Below, in pieces: positions 47,590 to 59,549 of a stretch of DNA of 64,000 nt (positions are counted from its first letter, which is position 1; the number at the start of each line of letters is the position of its first letter). A program made the translations under genes and the position numbers. The stretch covers positions 434,001 to 498,000 of the forward strand of contig NW_027272455.1 of assembly GCF_040938485.1 (NCBI RefSeq), in the 5' to 3' direction. The DNA is from Diadema antillarum (lineage: Eukaryota). The notes below the pieces were generated by a model. The model was given only the letters and a program-made list of their open reading frames with translations, did no database searches and was not told the origin of the DNA.

Positions 47590-48804
47590 AGTACGATGTA
47601 AATATGAGCATGTTGGACAACTCATCACGAACCAGCTCTCTGTGAGTGCAGCATTACTATACCGACTAGGGTGCAAAACTTGGGTGTGTAGGCAACTTGT
47701 GTATATTAAATACTATTGACATGCACATGTTAAATGTCTGCTTTAAGGTAATAGCATTAGGGGACAAGACAACTGATATTTTTGCCTGATTTCTCAGGAC
47801 AAATCAGTCTTTGAGACTTTTAAAAATTATAAGGAGACCCAGGACCAAGAAGAGAAAATTGTTACAGGGACTTTTCATCCTAAAAGACCTCGCAACGTGG
47901 GGATTCATGGGTGGGCTGATTGAATTAATCGTCATTTGCTGCCCACTAGGGCATATTCGAGAACCACAACAGCACCCAGTAGTGAATATGTGCATTGAAG
48001 CGTATGCTCACCTGTAACAGTCGACTCCAGGCGAGATTCTTCAGCTGTGTGTGTACATAGAAATCAGTGATAGAGCTCTACACAATTTGTTACAGGGATT
48101 CTCAAATATATCCAAGCTGGGCGAGCCTTTCTCACTCCATCCATAGTATTCCCTTGGTACTGGGTCTTTTTGCACAAAAAGTGCCCAATTCTACTTGATG
48201 TTTGTCCGTGAAATTTGAACAGTGTACTGTAAAGTTTACCAAGAGAAATGCCAAACTTTCTATGAATTGCAATGAGTGTCACATTCCATAACGTCCCCCC
48301 GATCCACTCTAAAAGTCAACACATTTTTTGTGTGATGATAATTGAATACTTTTTAGCGTGCAAGATTATGTACCCAGGAGACACTTAACATGACATTGAT
48401 AGCAAGAATCGTCGATATTGTGCAGTGCATTGTTAATTGGTGGAATTTCAGTGGGATTTGTATATACTGTGCTGTTGAATGTAGCAACTGGAGGGAAATG
48501 CCTAATTTGTGCGCAATGATTGTGAATGTAATCGTTTTGTAAGAGTTCTGCTTTGCATGTCAAGATACAACAGAAATATTTGTAATAAAGTTGTCAGTTT
48601 TTCCATGACTTTTGATGAACATGTGTAATGATTTTGATGATGCATAGATGACCCCTGTGCCATGGATATGGCTGTGTTGCTGTATGATTGTAGAAGTCAA
48701 TGGCCCAAGGACACCTCCAACACAATTCAAACCAGAAACAAGATGAAATGCATATGTGAACATAGACTTTCTCTTTAACCACAAGATTCTTACCAGTCAT
48801 CATA

Positions 48805-49606
48805 TACAGGGGAAACTCGAAATAATGAGATGGTCGGGCCTGAGTCGTTTTGCTCGTTATTGCTGATATCTTGATATATCAGCAGGCATGAAAAAGCATA
48901 ACAGTGAGACATTAATTCGCACATGTGGGACTACCCATCACCTTTCAATTACCAGGTAATACTGATAACCTGGTAATGTGTGTGAGAGAATTATTCACTG
49001 TATGGGTAAAATTTTTGTCGATGAAATCCAATATCAAGAATGTGTTTCTGAATGAATGTTTGAATTTGTAAATGTATAGCTTGCGTGTCATGATTGTCCG
49101 TGGATTGGTATGTGGTTATGCCAAGTGTGTGTTGTGTGTGGAAAGCTCGAACATGTTCTGCACAATGCTATGTTGTGTATGTGACACATTCTGTATTTAT
49201 GTAAGTACAGTGTACATATATTATGCCTGCGTGTGTGAAGATGGGAGATTCCCTAGTAGAAAGCCAATCAAAGCATCAGATTGCCTCACACCTGCTATAC
49301 GTCATAATGATGTCATGTATGCATAGGGCTGGCCGCACAATACTCCAAACACAGGTGGAAGGCTCTGAAGAAAATACGCGTGTACAAGACACAGTTTTCT
49401 TCGCATCGAGCTTTACAATCATGGAACATGATCGCACGGGCGAACTAAAGCTTTACCCGAAGAGATTTTGCTTTACCTCGCTATAACAGGTTTGATTAGC
49501 TATGTTTTTCTCTGTTTGGAATTCACTAAATTTATCTTGTTATAGCAATATTTCGTAATAGCCGATCTTGTTATGGCAGTGTTCATTATATCGAGTTTCT
49601 CCTGTA
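48805..49606. mobile_element. pogo/Tigger-like non-autonomous element, 802 bp, TA-flanked
   Basis: tacaggggaaactcgaaataatga versus the reverse complement of tcattatatcgagtttctcctgta gives 22/24 matches. Confidence 0.8.
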
Positions 49607-51695
49607 CACACACACGAGTCAACATAACAGCAAGTAGAGACTGACACGATCAACTTGATGAAACATTTGAACACATATGAATGAAATTTATTACTTCCTC
49701 CATCGTAAAATCACTACCGCAATGTTATACACAACTTCAGAAAACAAAAATTTTTTGAACCAAAAAAAAATATACATTATGCAGATACCATGTCTGGCTC
49801 TCATTTCATTTCTAGTATTAAACCAAAATATTGATTAATACATTCATGTTCCCCACAAGTCATTTCTTGCCCAATGAACAGAACTTATCAGCATTACAGG
49901 CAGTAGTCCCCCTTTGCCAATTTGTTCACTGGTATCACTTGGGAACATGCCCTTTGTACTTGGTTTTCAGAAAAGAGCTCATCTGATAGCCACTTGACAG
50001 ACAGTATGTAATGATTGTTGCATGCACTGCTGTTTACAGAAGGTGAATTTTGCAGTCAAAAGACCTAAGCATTGTAACCAGCTCTGCTGCTGATTACCAT
50101 ACCATGCGGGTATTCTCTTTGTGCAAACTCAGTATTTGGGAAGAAGCGAGTGTGTGTGTGTGTTTATGTGTCTATGGGTAGAATTAGTGTGTAGTCTGTT
50201 GGCATAAATGAGGACAGAATTACTGTCTACACTATCCATAGCAGCCAAGGGGTTACCATTCACACCAAGCAACATCAGGATGTGATCAAAAGTTGCTTCA
50301 AACAAAATGTGCCAGGAACTGCGACTGATAGAGGGCGCAAATTCATGGACTACTGCCTATAATGTACAATGGCATCATATTTGTGATGTGTTTCTTTTCT
50401 GCATTAGAACTAGCAGATAAATTGGTATCAGTTGATTTTTAAACTGAGAGAAGGAGTCATCTTCAAGGGATGACATACAGAACAATGAAAACCTTGCCAG
50501 GTTCACTTGTTGACGAGAAAATTCAGCTTCAGTATTACCAAACAACATGCAAGCCCTACCTTATCAGCAAGGCAAAAGAAGTAGACCTGATAATGCTAGC
50601 ACACTATATATTTGGTAAAGCATCAAACAGACCCTAAAAGGGGGTATCCTTTTCATGAAACATTATTTCAACCAAACTTGATACCGTTTTGCGGTAAAAC
50701 TCATGATTTTCCCCAACACAATTACAAAAAAATGAGAGGAAAAAAAAAAAGATTCATCCTTTCAAAAGAATTCAATCTATTGCTTCTCTGCTACCAATAT
50801 TTCTATATTACATACATTTCATTCTTCACATCTTTCACATGGAACATGTGAAATTGTGGCTCACTGTACAATCAGAATATATTCCAATCTGTTTACATTT
50901 ATTATAAACATCCTGTTAATGCCAAAACAAAGCACTAGATACAAACTATGACAATCCCTAGCAAGGGATCTTGGCAATGACATAAATCACGATACACAAA
51001 GACTTCCGCCTACGGCATGGAGCCATACAGATCAAAAAGTTGCTATCCATAGCAATGGACTCAAACATATGCAAACATAATGAACTCAACCTTACTATAT
51101 CGTACCCAGTGACATTCTTTGGTGGTATATCAAGCTTGAATCCCAAAAACCTATGAAGTGATTTTCATGACAGACAAACAAATATGTACTAAGAGACAAG
51201 TGCTATGTATTCAAATTGCCATATTGATAAATACAGATTACTGTAAATACATTGCAGAAAGTATTTCAACAGCAAATTCAACTATACTCTGTCTGACAAC
51301 TATACCATTTCCTTTACATTTTCTACTTTGGTATCCATACACTAAAAAAATGGAAATTTTTGCACAAGTGATTTTTATTTTTTGCGTTTGGCCTGGTAAG
51401 ATGAATTTTGCTTGTTTTTAATTTTGGGGAATTAAAACATGAATTAGAATTACATACAACAAGCAAAAAAAAATATATATATATTTTCGCACTAGTTTTA
51501 TCTCCCGCAAAATGTTAAAAACTTTCTGTATCGCAAAACTTTCCACCTTTGTGGTACATTTAAACACATTTCTTCACACCTAAGCAAAGTGATTGGCCAC
51601 ATATCTTCTTCACAACTTTTTCTAGGTTTATGCTTTCTTTCTTTGTCCTTTTGATTCTCTTATGATACGAACGTGAAGGTATGAATCATGTGCAC

Positions 51696-52050
51696 TACTG
51701 TAAAAGTGGAAATTTTTGCGCAATTAACTTTTTCATGCTTGGCTGAGTAAGATGAAATTTGTGGACGGTCACAGCAATTGAGTGGATACCTGGTACTTCA
51801 AACAGATCATTGCTGCCACGGCAGTTAAAGGATTTGGCAGCACATACTACAGTAAAAGGTAACTGGTCCACATTACAACAGCAAATCCACTCACCGTGCA
51901 GGACCAGCAATCATGCACAAAACTACAAATGAAAAAATAAATAAACAAAAATGAGCAAAAAATGCATGCATCTTTATCTTCTGCACGAGTTTCACGTGGC
52001 ACGAAACATGGAAAAACTTCCACACCACAAAAATGTCCACTTTTATAGTA
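51696..52050. mobile_element. TA-flanked Tc1/mariner-like MITE of the same family as 17100-17296
   Basis: tactgtaaaagtggaaattttt at left and aaaaatgtccacttttatagta at right; a more degenerate copy lies near 51337-51556. Confidence 0.7.
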
Positions 52051-52109
52051 TCACTCGGCATATAACTCATAAATGAGAGGTTGTGTACAAACCAATTGTC
52101 TCATTATTA

Positions 52110-52432
52110 GGGAGCTTTAGATTTTCAAGACGTGGACATTCACAGGAAAAAAAACCCTGTTCTGCACATGCACACATTCGCTTTTAAAAATTGACCTTGT
52201 GCAGTCCGAGTCGGCATGGTCGGTTCTGGGCCATTTTTTGTGTCTGCTCAAATCAACATTGCAGAGAGCTACTTGACGCAATGATCCTATGGGGGCGCCA
52301 TACTTTACTTTGTATTTATAAGCTGCATCCTCGCTTAATCTAAAGCTACTTTGCAACATGACGCAGGGGGAGAGGAGAACAGCCAATGCAGTCGTCGTAT
52401 TAAACGTCTGTGTCACAAATCTAAAGCTGCCC
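52110..52432. mobile_element. PIF/Harbinger-like MITE
   Basis: GGGAGCTTTAGATT at left, preceded by TTA, and AATCTAAAGCTGCCC at right; the TSD is not cleanly recoverable. Confidence 0.45.
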
Positions 52433-54294
52433 AATGTGTCCAGTAAAAAACAACATCTTGCATTCACTTTATTTCCATCTGACATATACGGTCAGTGTAT
52501 ATTAAAATCCTCTTCCACTATTAATTGCAGCGTCCTCCTTATTTCTTTCCTAATTATTTACCTCACTCTCTTTTCTAAATATCCAAAGTCCACTGAGTTT
52601 CACTGTGAATCTCACCCACGCATACACACCCAAGGTAGCATTATTTTCCACATATAACAGAAGATTTAATTCTAATGGCAATTGATGACTACATCTTCAA
52701 TGAAATCATTTCGAATTGTAACATATGATGGTTGTATGAACAGTGGCAGACATTTCTTAAAGACAGTAACAAATATACATTTTTGCCAGACACTCTGAAA
52801 CATGGAACACCAAATGTCCAAAAATAGAGATCCAATCTGCACATTACTTCTCATCGGTATATTCCATTCATTCAGTTGGGACATACATATGACATATATT
52901 TGCAATTTTTTCTTAATCCATTTCTTTTCATAATGTTTGTTTTCATTTTGTTTTTGACCAGAAAATAACTCTTTCCCTGGTTACAGATTTGTTCTTCTGT
53001 AAAACTTTCAGTAATAAATACTATGTACAGAGAGTCAAATGAAAACACAAAATAAAGCAACAAAAAAAAAGAAAAAAAAAAGAAGAAAGAAATGGAAAAC
53101 CAAAATCAGTATTCATCATTTTTCACTACAGCTGACAATGGGTCTGGTGTATGAGTAATATGAGGTATGTATTTACAGATACTTATTGCAGCTATGAGTC
53201 CTTAAAAAAATAAATAACACCAACTCCTTGCGATCCTACCTCACAAGCTACTTTACACACAATGGTATATATATCATTGATTCATCTCAATGTCTTCTGA
53301 TTAATTGACAGTCAAAAAAACTGCCTATTTATACCTCAATATGTATGCATTATGTCATAGAATTTGTCTCCTTTCTTTTTTTTTTAATTTCAAAAAGGTC
53401 CTTTGTCTCACCAGGACACATAAAATACCAATATAAGAGCTCGCAGAGCGGAGCTTAACAAAAATAGCATACAGGGCGACACTGTACCACACTAAATACT
53501 AATAAGAAGAGAGCTCTCGGAGTAAAAACACAGAAATTTCACACTAAAAGAAATGAGAGCTACAGCATATCATTTCCTTTTCTATAAAAATGCTACACAT
53601 CAACACACACTCTTCCTCTTATCTTATCTTTGATTGTTTAGCTAGGGACCAGCAGTCATACAAATTGCTTAGATACATACTCTGTGCAAAATGATTTTTA
53701 AAAATGAAAGATGCAAAATAGTGCAACACACAACACATTCTCACAAGACAAAGAAAAATTCATTTTGTGGATAACAGGAATCAAGTGTGCACATCATTTT
53801 TTGATATGACAGGTAGGATACACTTTGGGAGAAAAATGTACATGTTATAATGCATGTGAAGGATATGCACATGTTTCATTTTGTCTCATGTAGCTACATC
53901 ATTCTAAGACGAGAAAATGTTACAGTATGATTTTTTTATTCTCCTGCACCTACACAATGCAACAGAAATGCTAACAAAATCCATGACACATTTTTACAAG
54001 ATGGCACAATTCTTTTTTCCTTCGTCTGGAACAAAGAAACGCCCTACACACTTCACAATCCTTAACATAAAACGTTACCATCAATGACAACGAAAACATT
54101 GACATCAAAAGTGAATGATGGAATATTACAGAGAAAGGAATAACACTTCCGTAATCAACTGTGAGTTGGACTTTATGAGCATGATGGAAGGCTATAGTTG
54201 TGGCAGCAATATTGGTCTATGGATGGTAAACTTCCTTTATTCAGTTTCGCTTCTTGGAGACCGATGCTATCCACACACTATTACAATACATGGT

Positions 54295-54425
54295 CCTAAT
54301 ATCAATGATGATGTTGATGGTAACAGTAATAACGGCAACAACAACAACAATAATGATTATGATGATAATCATCATCATCGTCATCGTCATTGACATCATC
54401 ATCATCATCGTCATAGTCGTAATAC
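54295..54425 (+). repeat. (ATG/AAC/CAT)n degenerate trinucleotide tract
   Basis: Direct inspection. Confidence 0.85.
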
Positions 54426-56541
54426 TGCAATCTCTTTCATCCTTTGTTGCATCTTTGTGTGAGCACTACTCTTGGTGAAGACGTTGCCACGTTTATCAAA
54501 ACAGTTTTTCGGGTACTTATTTTCACAGACTTGGGGTAAGGGAGAGATGGTATGAAAAACATCCGGTCCAAGTACAGGCACAACTCAAAAGTCAGAGGTT
54601 CATAAACTAGTTAATGGCGCGTGATTATAACTTTCTTCTGAAAGATAAAAAAGACACATCACTTTCATTGATAGAAGAGCATTTAAAGAGAACTGCCGAA
54701 CCAGAATTATAACAATTTCCCCTTATGAAGTAACAAAAGCATTACAATTAACTTTGTGGGACTAAACGTGAGTATGTACAGTAATGGACAAAATGGTACC
54801 AGGTACACATTGTTTCTGGTCTCTGTACCAGCACACTTTACTACTTTGTATCTACAGACTGAAAACGCTTACAACCCGTTTTGAATTGTTTCACAAAATC
54901 ATTCCAAATTACTCAAAATGCTCATTATGTCTGTATAACCTCTCAGCAGGACTGCTGAATGTGAAAGAGATCTCGTAAAAAAATCAAGCGTACACAATAA
55001 CAAACATAAAAATGAAAACATTGCAAAATTTATTCTATAGGATTGTGATTATGTGCTAATCACTGCAATAATGTCTTGTTAACCAACAAATTCATTGTAA
55101 TATGTTTTTTTTTCTATTAAAAACAACAACAATCAAACAAAACAAAAAGCAAGTTGCACTGGTACACTGCAGTATCACTTATCTCATTGTCCAACAGTGG
55201 GCCTGGAAAGTGTAAGGAAAATGACGATAAAATGATTTTCTACTTTCTCACTTGCTCTGATACATACACGCACACACACACACTCACGCATGCAAACACA
55301 CACATACACACAAACACACACATCATTGCAGACTTTAATTCTTGAGAAATCATGTGCAAACTAAGGCAATGGAGTTCTACTCCTAATCTCTGAGTCCAAT
55401 GCCCAACATTCAAACAAGAAGGTCCCATACCATGTACACAAAACCGGTACAAAGTGATTGCCAACGCTGTAATACATAAAATAGTGCGCTATAATAGTAA
55501 CCATGTGCCCGTCCTGAAGGGTAACTGCTGTATGCAAGGAGCATTTGTGATCTCGGTCTAATAGAGCCGAGAAGTTTCTGCTTCAGCTTTGGCTGGTTTC
55601 AGTATACAAGACGCGACACTTATAATACAAACAAATGAAGAGGTGGAGTTTGGGCAAGCATCACATCACACATTTCAAAGACCTCTTGCTCTGTCCCACT
55701 TCAGAAATGAGCTGTTGCTCAGTCGCTTACAATTGCGTACCCTTCCTCAAAATCTCCATGCAAAGTACGCAAACTGCGACAATTAAAATTTTTTTTAGTA
55801 AGTCAAAACTGACAACGTCTTACAACATGACATATGGCACTTGGTGCAGAATCTCACCACATGTTAATGTTTGCATGAAACTGCAGCAAAAACAGCAGCT
55901 TCAACAAGCATGGTCCTGGACTAAATCCTAGAACATTTCCAAACATAGGAGTTCCGCAAGAGGGAGAAGGTCCCTGAGCTATTGGGGGGGGGGGGGGGGG
56001 CAAAGGTGCTCTATGCCTCCAATGCCTGTAGGCCTATCTTTACTGTCACCTTTCATATTTTTCCCTATTAAATGGCATACTCTGAAAATCATGCTAATAC
56101 CATTCCCCCCCCCCCCCTTCTGCTACATACAACCCTAGCTGGGATGGACTCTTAGCACACTTACCTTTAGGTCTGGCCTTATAATATATTAGGCCTTACT
56201 ATATGTCAGACCTGTACAGTTGTGACTGAGTAAGTGCAATGTCACCAAAAAGTGGCAGTTTATGTAACGAAAAAAAGAAAAAGAAAAGAAGATAAATGAA
56301 TAGATTTGATACCCAGTTAAAGAATAAAAAAGATTACTCTACTAAATCTCAGAACTGGCTTGGACTCATCCCCTGGGGCCTCCAGGGAAGGCAGGTAAAG
56401 GCTAGAAGTCTTGTCCCCTACCATGACATATGATAAAACGATGATAAAACAGCAGAAAGCTGGGCAGCCAGAGGGCAGGGTTCTATGCTGCTAAGGAAAG
56501 TGGCTCTTTCGCAGTTTTAGTGGCACGTTGATCATCTCGTT

Positions 56542-56679
56542 TTAATCGAGGGGGATGACGTCGGGGGGCCCTATGCCGTGTCCACTGCCTGTGCTACCGG
56601 CCCGGCTGGTGGTGGAGCTGGTGGCAACGCTGCTGCTTCGGCTGGCCCCTTGGTCCATGTAGTATGGTGGTGGGGGGTA
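56542..56679 (-). CDS. Probable last coding exon of an unidentified minus-strand gene (YPPPPYYMDQGASRSSSVATSSTTSRAGSTGSGHGIGPPDVIPLD*, assuming phase 0)
   Basis: GC-rich coding-like island; ttccattctag| acceptor preceded on the minus strand by a long pyrimidine tract (56740-56840); in-frame TAA at 56544-56542. The upstream exons were not identified. Confidence 0.5.
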   Translation of the reverse strand, partial: YPPPPYYMDQGASRSSSVATSSTTSRAGSTGSGHGIGPPDVIPLD

Positions 56680-58288
56680 CTAGAATGGAACAAGTGATTA
56701 GAAAATCTGGTGGTGAAAATTTAGATTTAGCAGAGAGAGAACGATAGAGAGAGAGGGGAGGAATAGAGGAGAGAGGGAGAGGAAGGATTGTCGGAAAGGA
56801 AGAAATAAGAGTGAGGGAGATGAAGAAAGAAAAAAAGATATCAAAAAATTCATATACACTATTTAAAAAAACAAAAAACAAAAACAAAATTACAGGCGAC
56901 TCCAGTTGTATGAAGTCCTTGGGACTGACAGTTTTCTTTCGTTACATCGAAAGTTCATTATTGCCCAAGAGTAAAGTATATAAAGATACATATATATGAT
57001 AATTTTGGGACCTGAATTTCTACTTTGTTATAACAGGAGTGCACTGTCCAGATTTAAACAAATGATCTTGCGAGATGATAATGCAATGTGTAAAAAATTA
57101 GGTAATTTTGGGAAATTTGGTCAGTCCAAGTCAAGAAAATACAAAAATTTATCCAGAAATAATGCCCCCGGCACCCTTCGGGCGGAGGCAAAAAAAGTAC
57201 ATGAATGGCACATATTCCTGGAGGAAATATTATCAGAATATTTTGAGAAGGGAATTATATTTCGCTATTACGAAGATTTTTATACTGACCAAAAACTCAT
57301 TTGTATGATATGTTTCAAAATGCAGTTCATGTCAACTGAATGATTGTTGTTGTTAATGCTGTTTGTTTGTCTGAATGCATATGTATATCATATTTCTAGA
57401 CAGTCAAGTTTCTCAAGTCAAATAAGGCAAATCATAATCCAGAGGAGTTTTGAAATTGAGTTCTGCTCGATTCGGGGTGCAGGATTAGAGTATTAGCAGG
57501 CAAGAGTATTGATGAGGTGCAGCTTAGTGTGACCTTGTGGTCATTTTGGCCATGGTGCCTGCATACACATACGGGTGTAATCTTTCACGTCAGCCTGTAG
57601 AGGGTTGCATGTTTCATTGACAGTCTGCCGTGTTTTTTGACAGAGGCGTCATTACGGAATTTCATCCGGAGGTACTGGTTGCTGAGGAGACCGATTTCTG
57701 TTTGTCGACGATACTCGGCAATTTCTGCGATGTGTTATAGTGTACTAATACCCTGGAAATCAAATTTCTGTACAGCTAGAATACACACACACAAAAAAAA
57801 AAACCAGTCATAATTCACCTGTGACAGCCCCTGAAGGTATACATATTTCGATAAGTTAGATCACATCTCAATAAAAATTTAGCACTTGTACTCCGCGTGT
57901 TTACGTTCTGCTCCATAGCTGGTACTGATGTGTGTGCATTCTAGCTATACAGGTATGTTTTTACGAATAACATTGAGATTCCATGTCGATTGATTAGTTG
58001 ATCGCGGGCACGCATTGAATATCACTATTGTTTAAGAATCATGTTTCAGAGACATGATTTACAAACAAATTCTTTGTAATTGTACAAACTCCTCAAAAAC
58101 ATTTAAAAATTCATGGCTTCAAGAGTGCAAGTGTAGTTTCAAAAAAGTTTTTTGAACAAGCATAACAGAATGCCATAACCTGTTGGTAGGTGAACCCCAT
58201 GTTATCTACAAATGTCCTTCACAAACAAAAACAGATAGTACCAATAGTAATCTTTTATAACTCACTTTGATACTTTTCGTTTGGGTTT

Positions 58289-59413
58289 TGTCACAAATGT
58301 ACACACTAGTAGTTATGTACATGTATGATGTACTGTATGCATGGTTGTTTTAATGTGTATGTACACAGGTGGACCAGATTAATGGAGAACATTCTATGTG
58401 GTATACATATAGTACATACAGGCTGACCAGATCAGTGGAGAATTTTCTAGGTGGTATACAATGTAGCTATACAGTACATGCATGGAATAGGAAAAACATT
58501 ATAGCTCACTCAATCTAGAATGATTTCACCCATTTCCAGAATGTTCTGGGAAGTGCTAACATATTTGGCTGAGTGAGGCACTGTCCCTGTAGCCCAATGT
58601 TATTGGTAGTTAATTTTGGTAATGATGTTTTGTACATAGTTAGGCAGTGAGTCATCCAGGTTTCCTGGAACTTAGACTGGCTAGTAGGTTGGAGAGAGTT
58701 ATAGAATGTGCTAGAAGGGGGTGAATGGATAGTATATAAGCCAGAGAAATTCTGCAGTAGGCAGAGTACCCAACACCTCTGCTCTGAGAGTTACGTCACT
58801 TCTGGCTCTGAAGCGACTTGTTATAGTCAGTCCTGTGTTACCTGCTGACCTGTTATGTTTGTGGAGATACTTGGCCTGGGAGACATTTTGCCTGCAGAGA
58901 ATTAATGTGCCTTCATTGGACTCCATATTTTAATGTCAATGGACATTGCTACAGCAAAGCTGTGACGGGCTGGATTCCTAGCTGGACAATATAAAGTGAA
59001 TCATCATCCAACGCATCGACTGGACGTGGTCGTTGGATTCTGCACATTTCGCTGTGAACAGTATACTGTGGATCTATTGTGGACATATACCCTGGATTTA
59101 TAACGCGGACTATTGTAACCTGTGCCTCTGGATTTACGTCGCAGGAATCATTCATCGGTGCATCGCGGATCATTCATTTGTGCATCGAACATCGTATCTG
59201 GACACTACCAGGGAACTGTAGCAACTTTGTGATAGTTTGGATGCATGTAAGTGATTCCATTACCGATTTGTAATTGTTTCTATTGATCATTGTTGTACTG
59301 ATATGACGCCGATTACCAGTCTGTACCCTCAATATCACTGTTAATAAACCGCCTGAACATCAGTTGATTGTTTCTTTTGTGCGATCATTCTCAGAGTGAT
59401 TTTGGTCGTAACA
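58289..59413 (+). repeat. 5' LTR (1125 bp, TGTCAC...GTAACA)
   Basis: TG...CA termini; TATATAAG at 58733-58740; AATAAA at 59343-59348; immediately followed by the PBS. Confidence 0.92.
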
Positions 59414-59417
59414 AAAT

Positions 59418-59441
59418 TGGGGGCTTGTGTCCGAGAATTGA
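59418..59441 (+). promoter_or_regulatory. Primer-binding site, tRNA-Pro-like (degenerate)
   Basis: TGGGGGCTTGTGTCCGAGAATTGA versus the complement of the canonical tRNA-Pro 3' end, TGGGGGCTCGTCCGGGATTTGA; 4-nt spacer after the LTR. Confidence 0.7.
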
Positions 59442-59549
59442 ATTTAAAGCCAAAATATAGAATTTGGAACGTTCCGGAATCTAGAACATTGGTACAGACA
59501 AAATACCAGTTGAGTTGATTGTTCAATTGTATATTGTGTGTAATACATT

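Noticed and set aside
57590-57755. Possible further minus-strand exon (ttccag| acceptor at 57753; frames give ...SVSSATSTSG* or ...QQPVPPDEIP*)
   Set aside because: Every frame hits a stop before a good donor and none can be linked in phase to the 56679 exon; transcript data would be needed.
58711-59273. Small ORFs (62-74 aa) within the LTR, repeated in the 3' LTR
   Set aside because: They are identical only because the LTRs are duplicated; no motif or evidence of coding.
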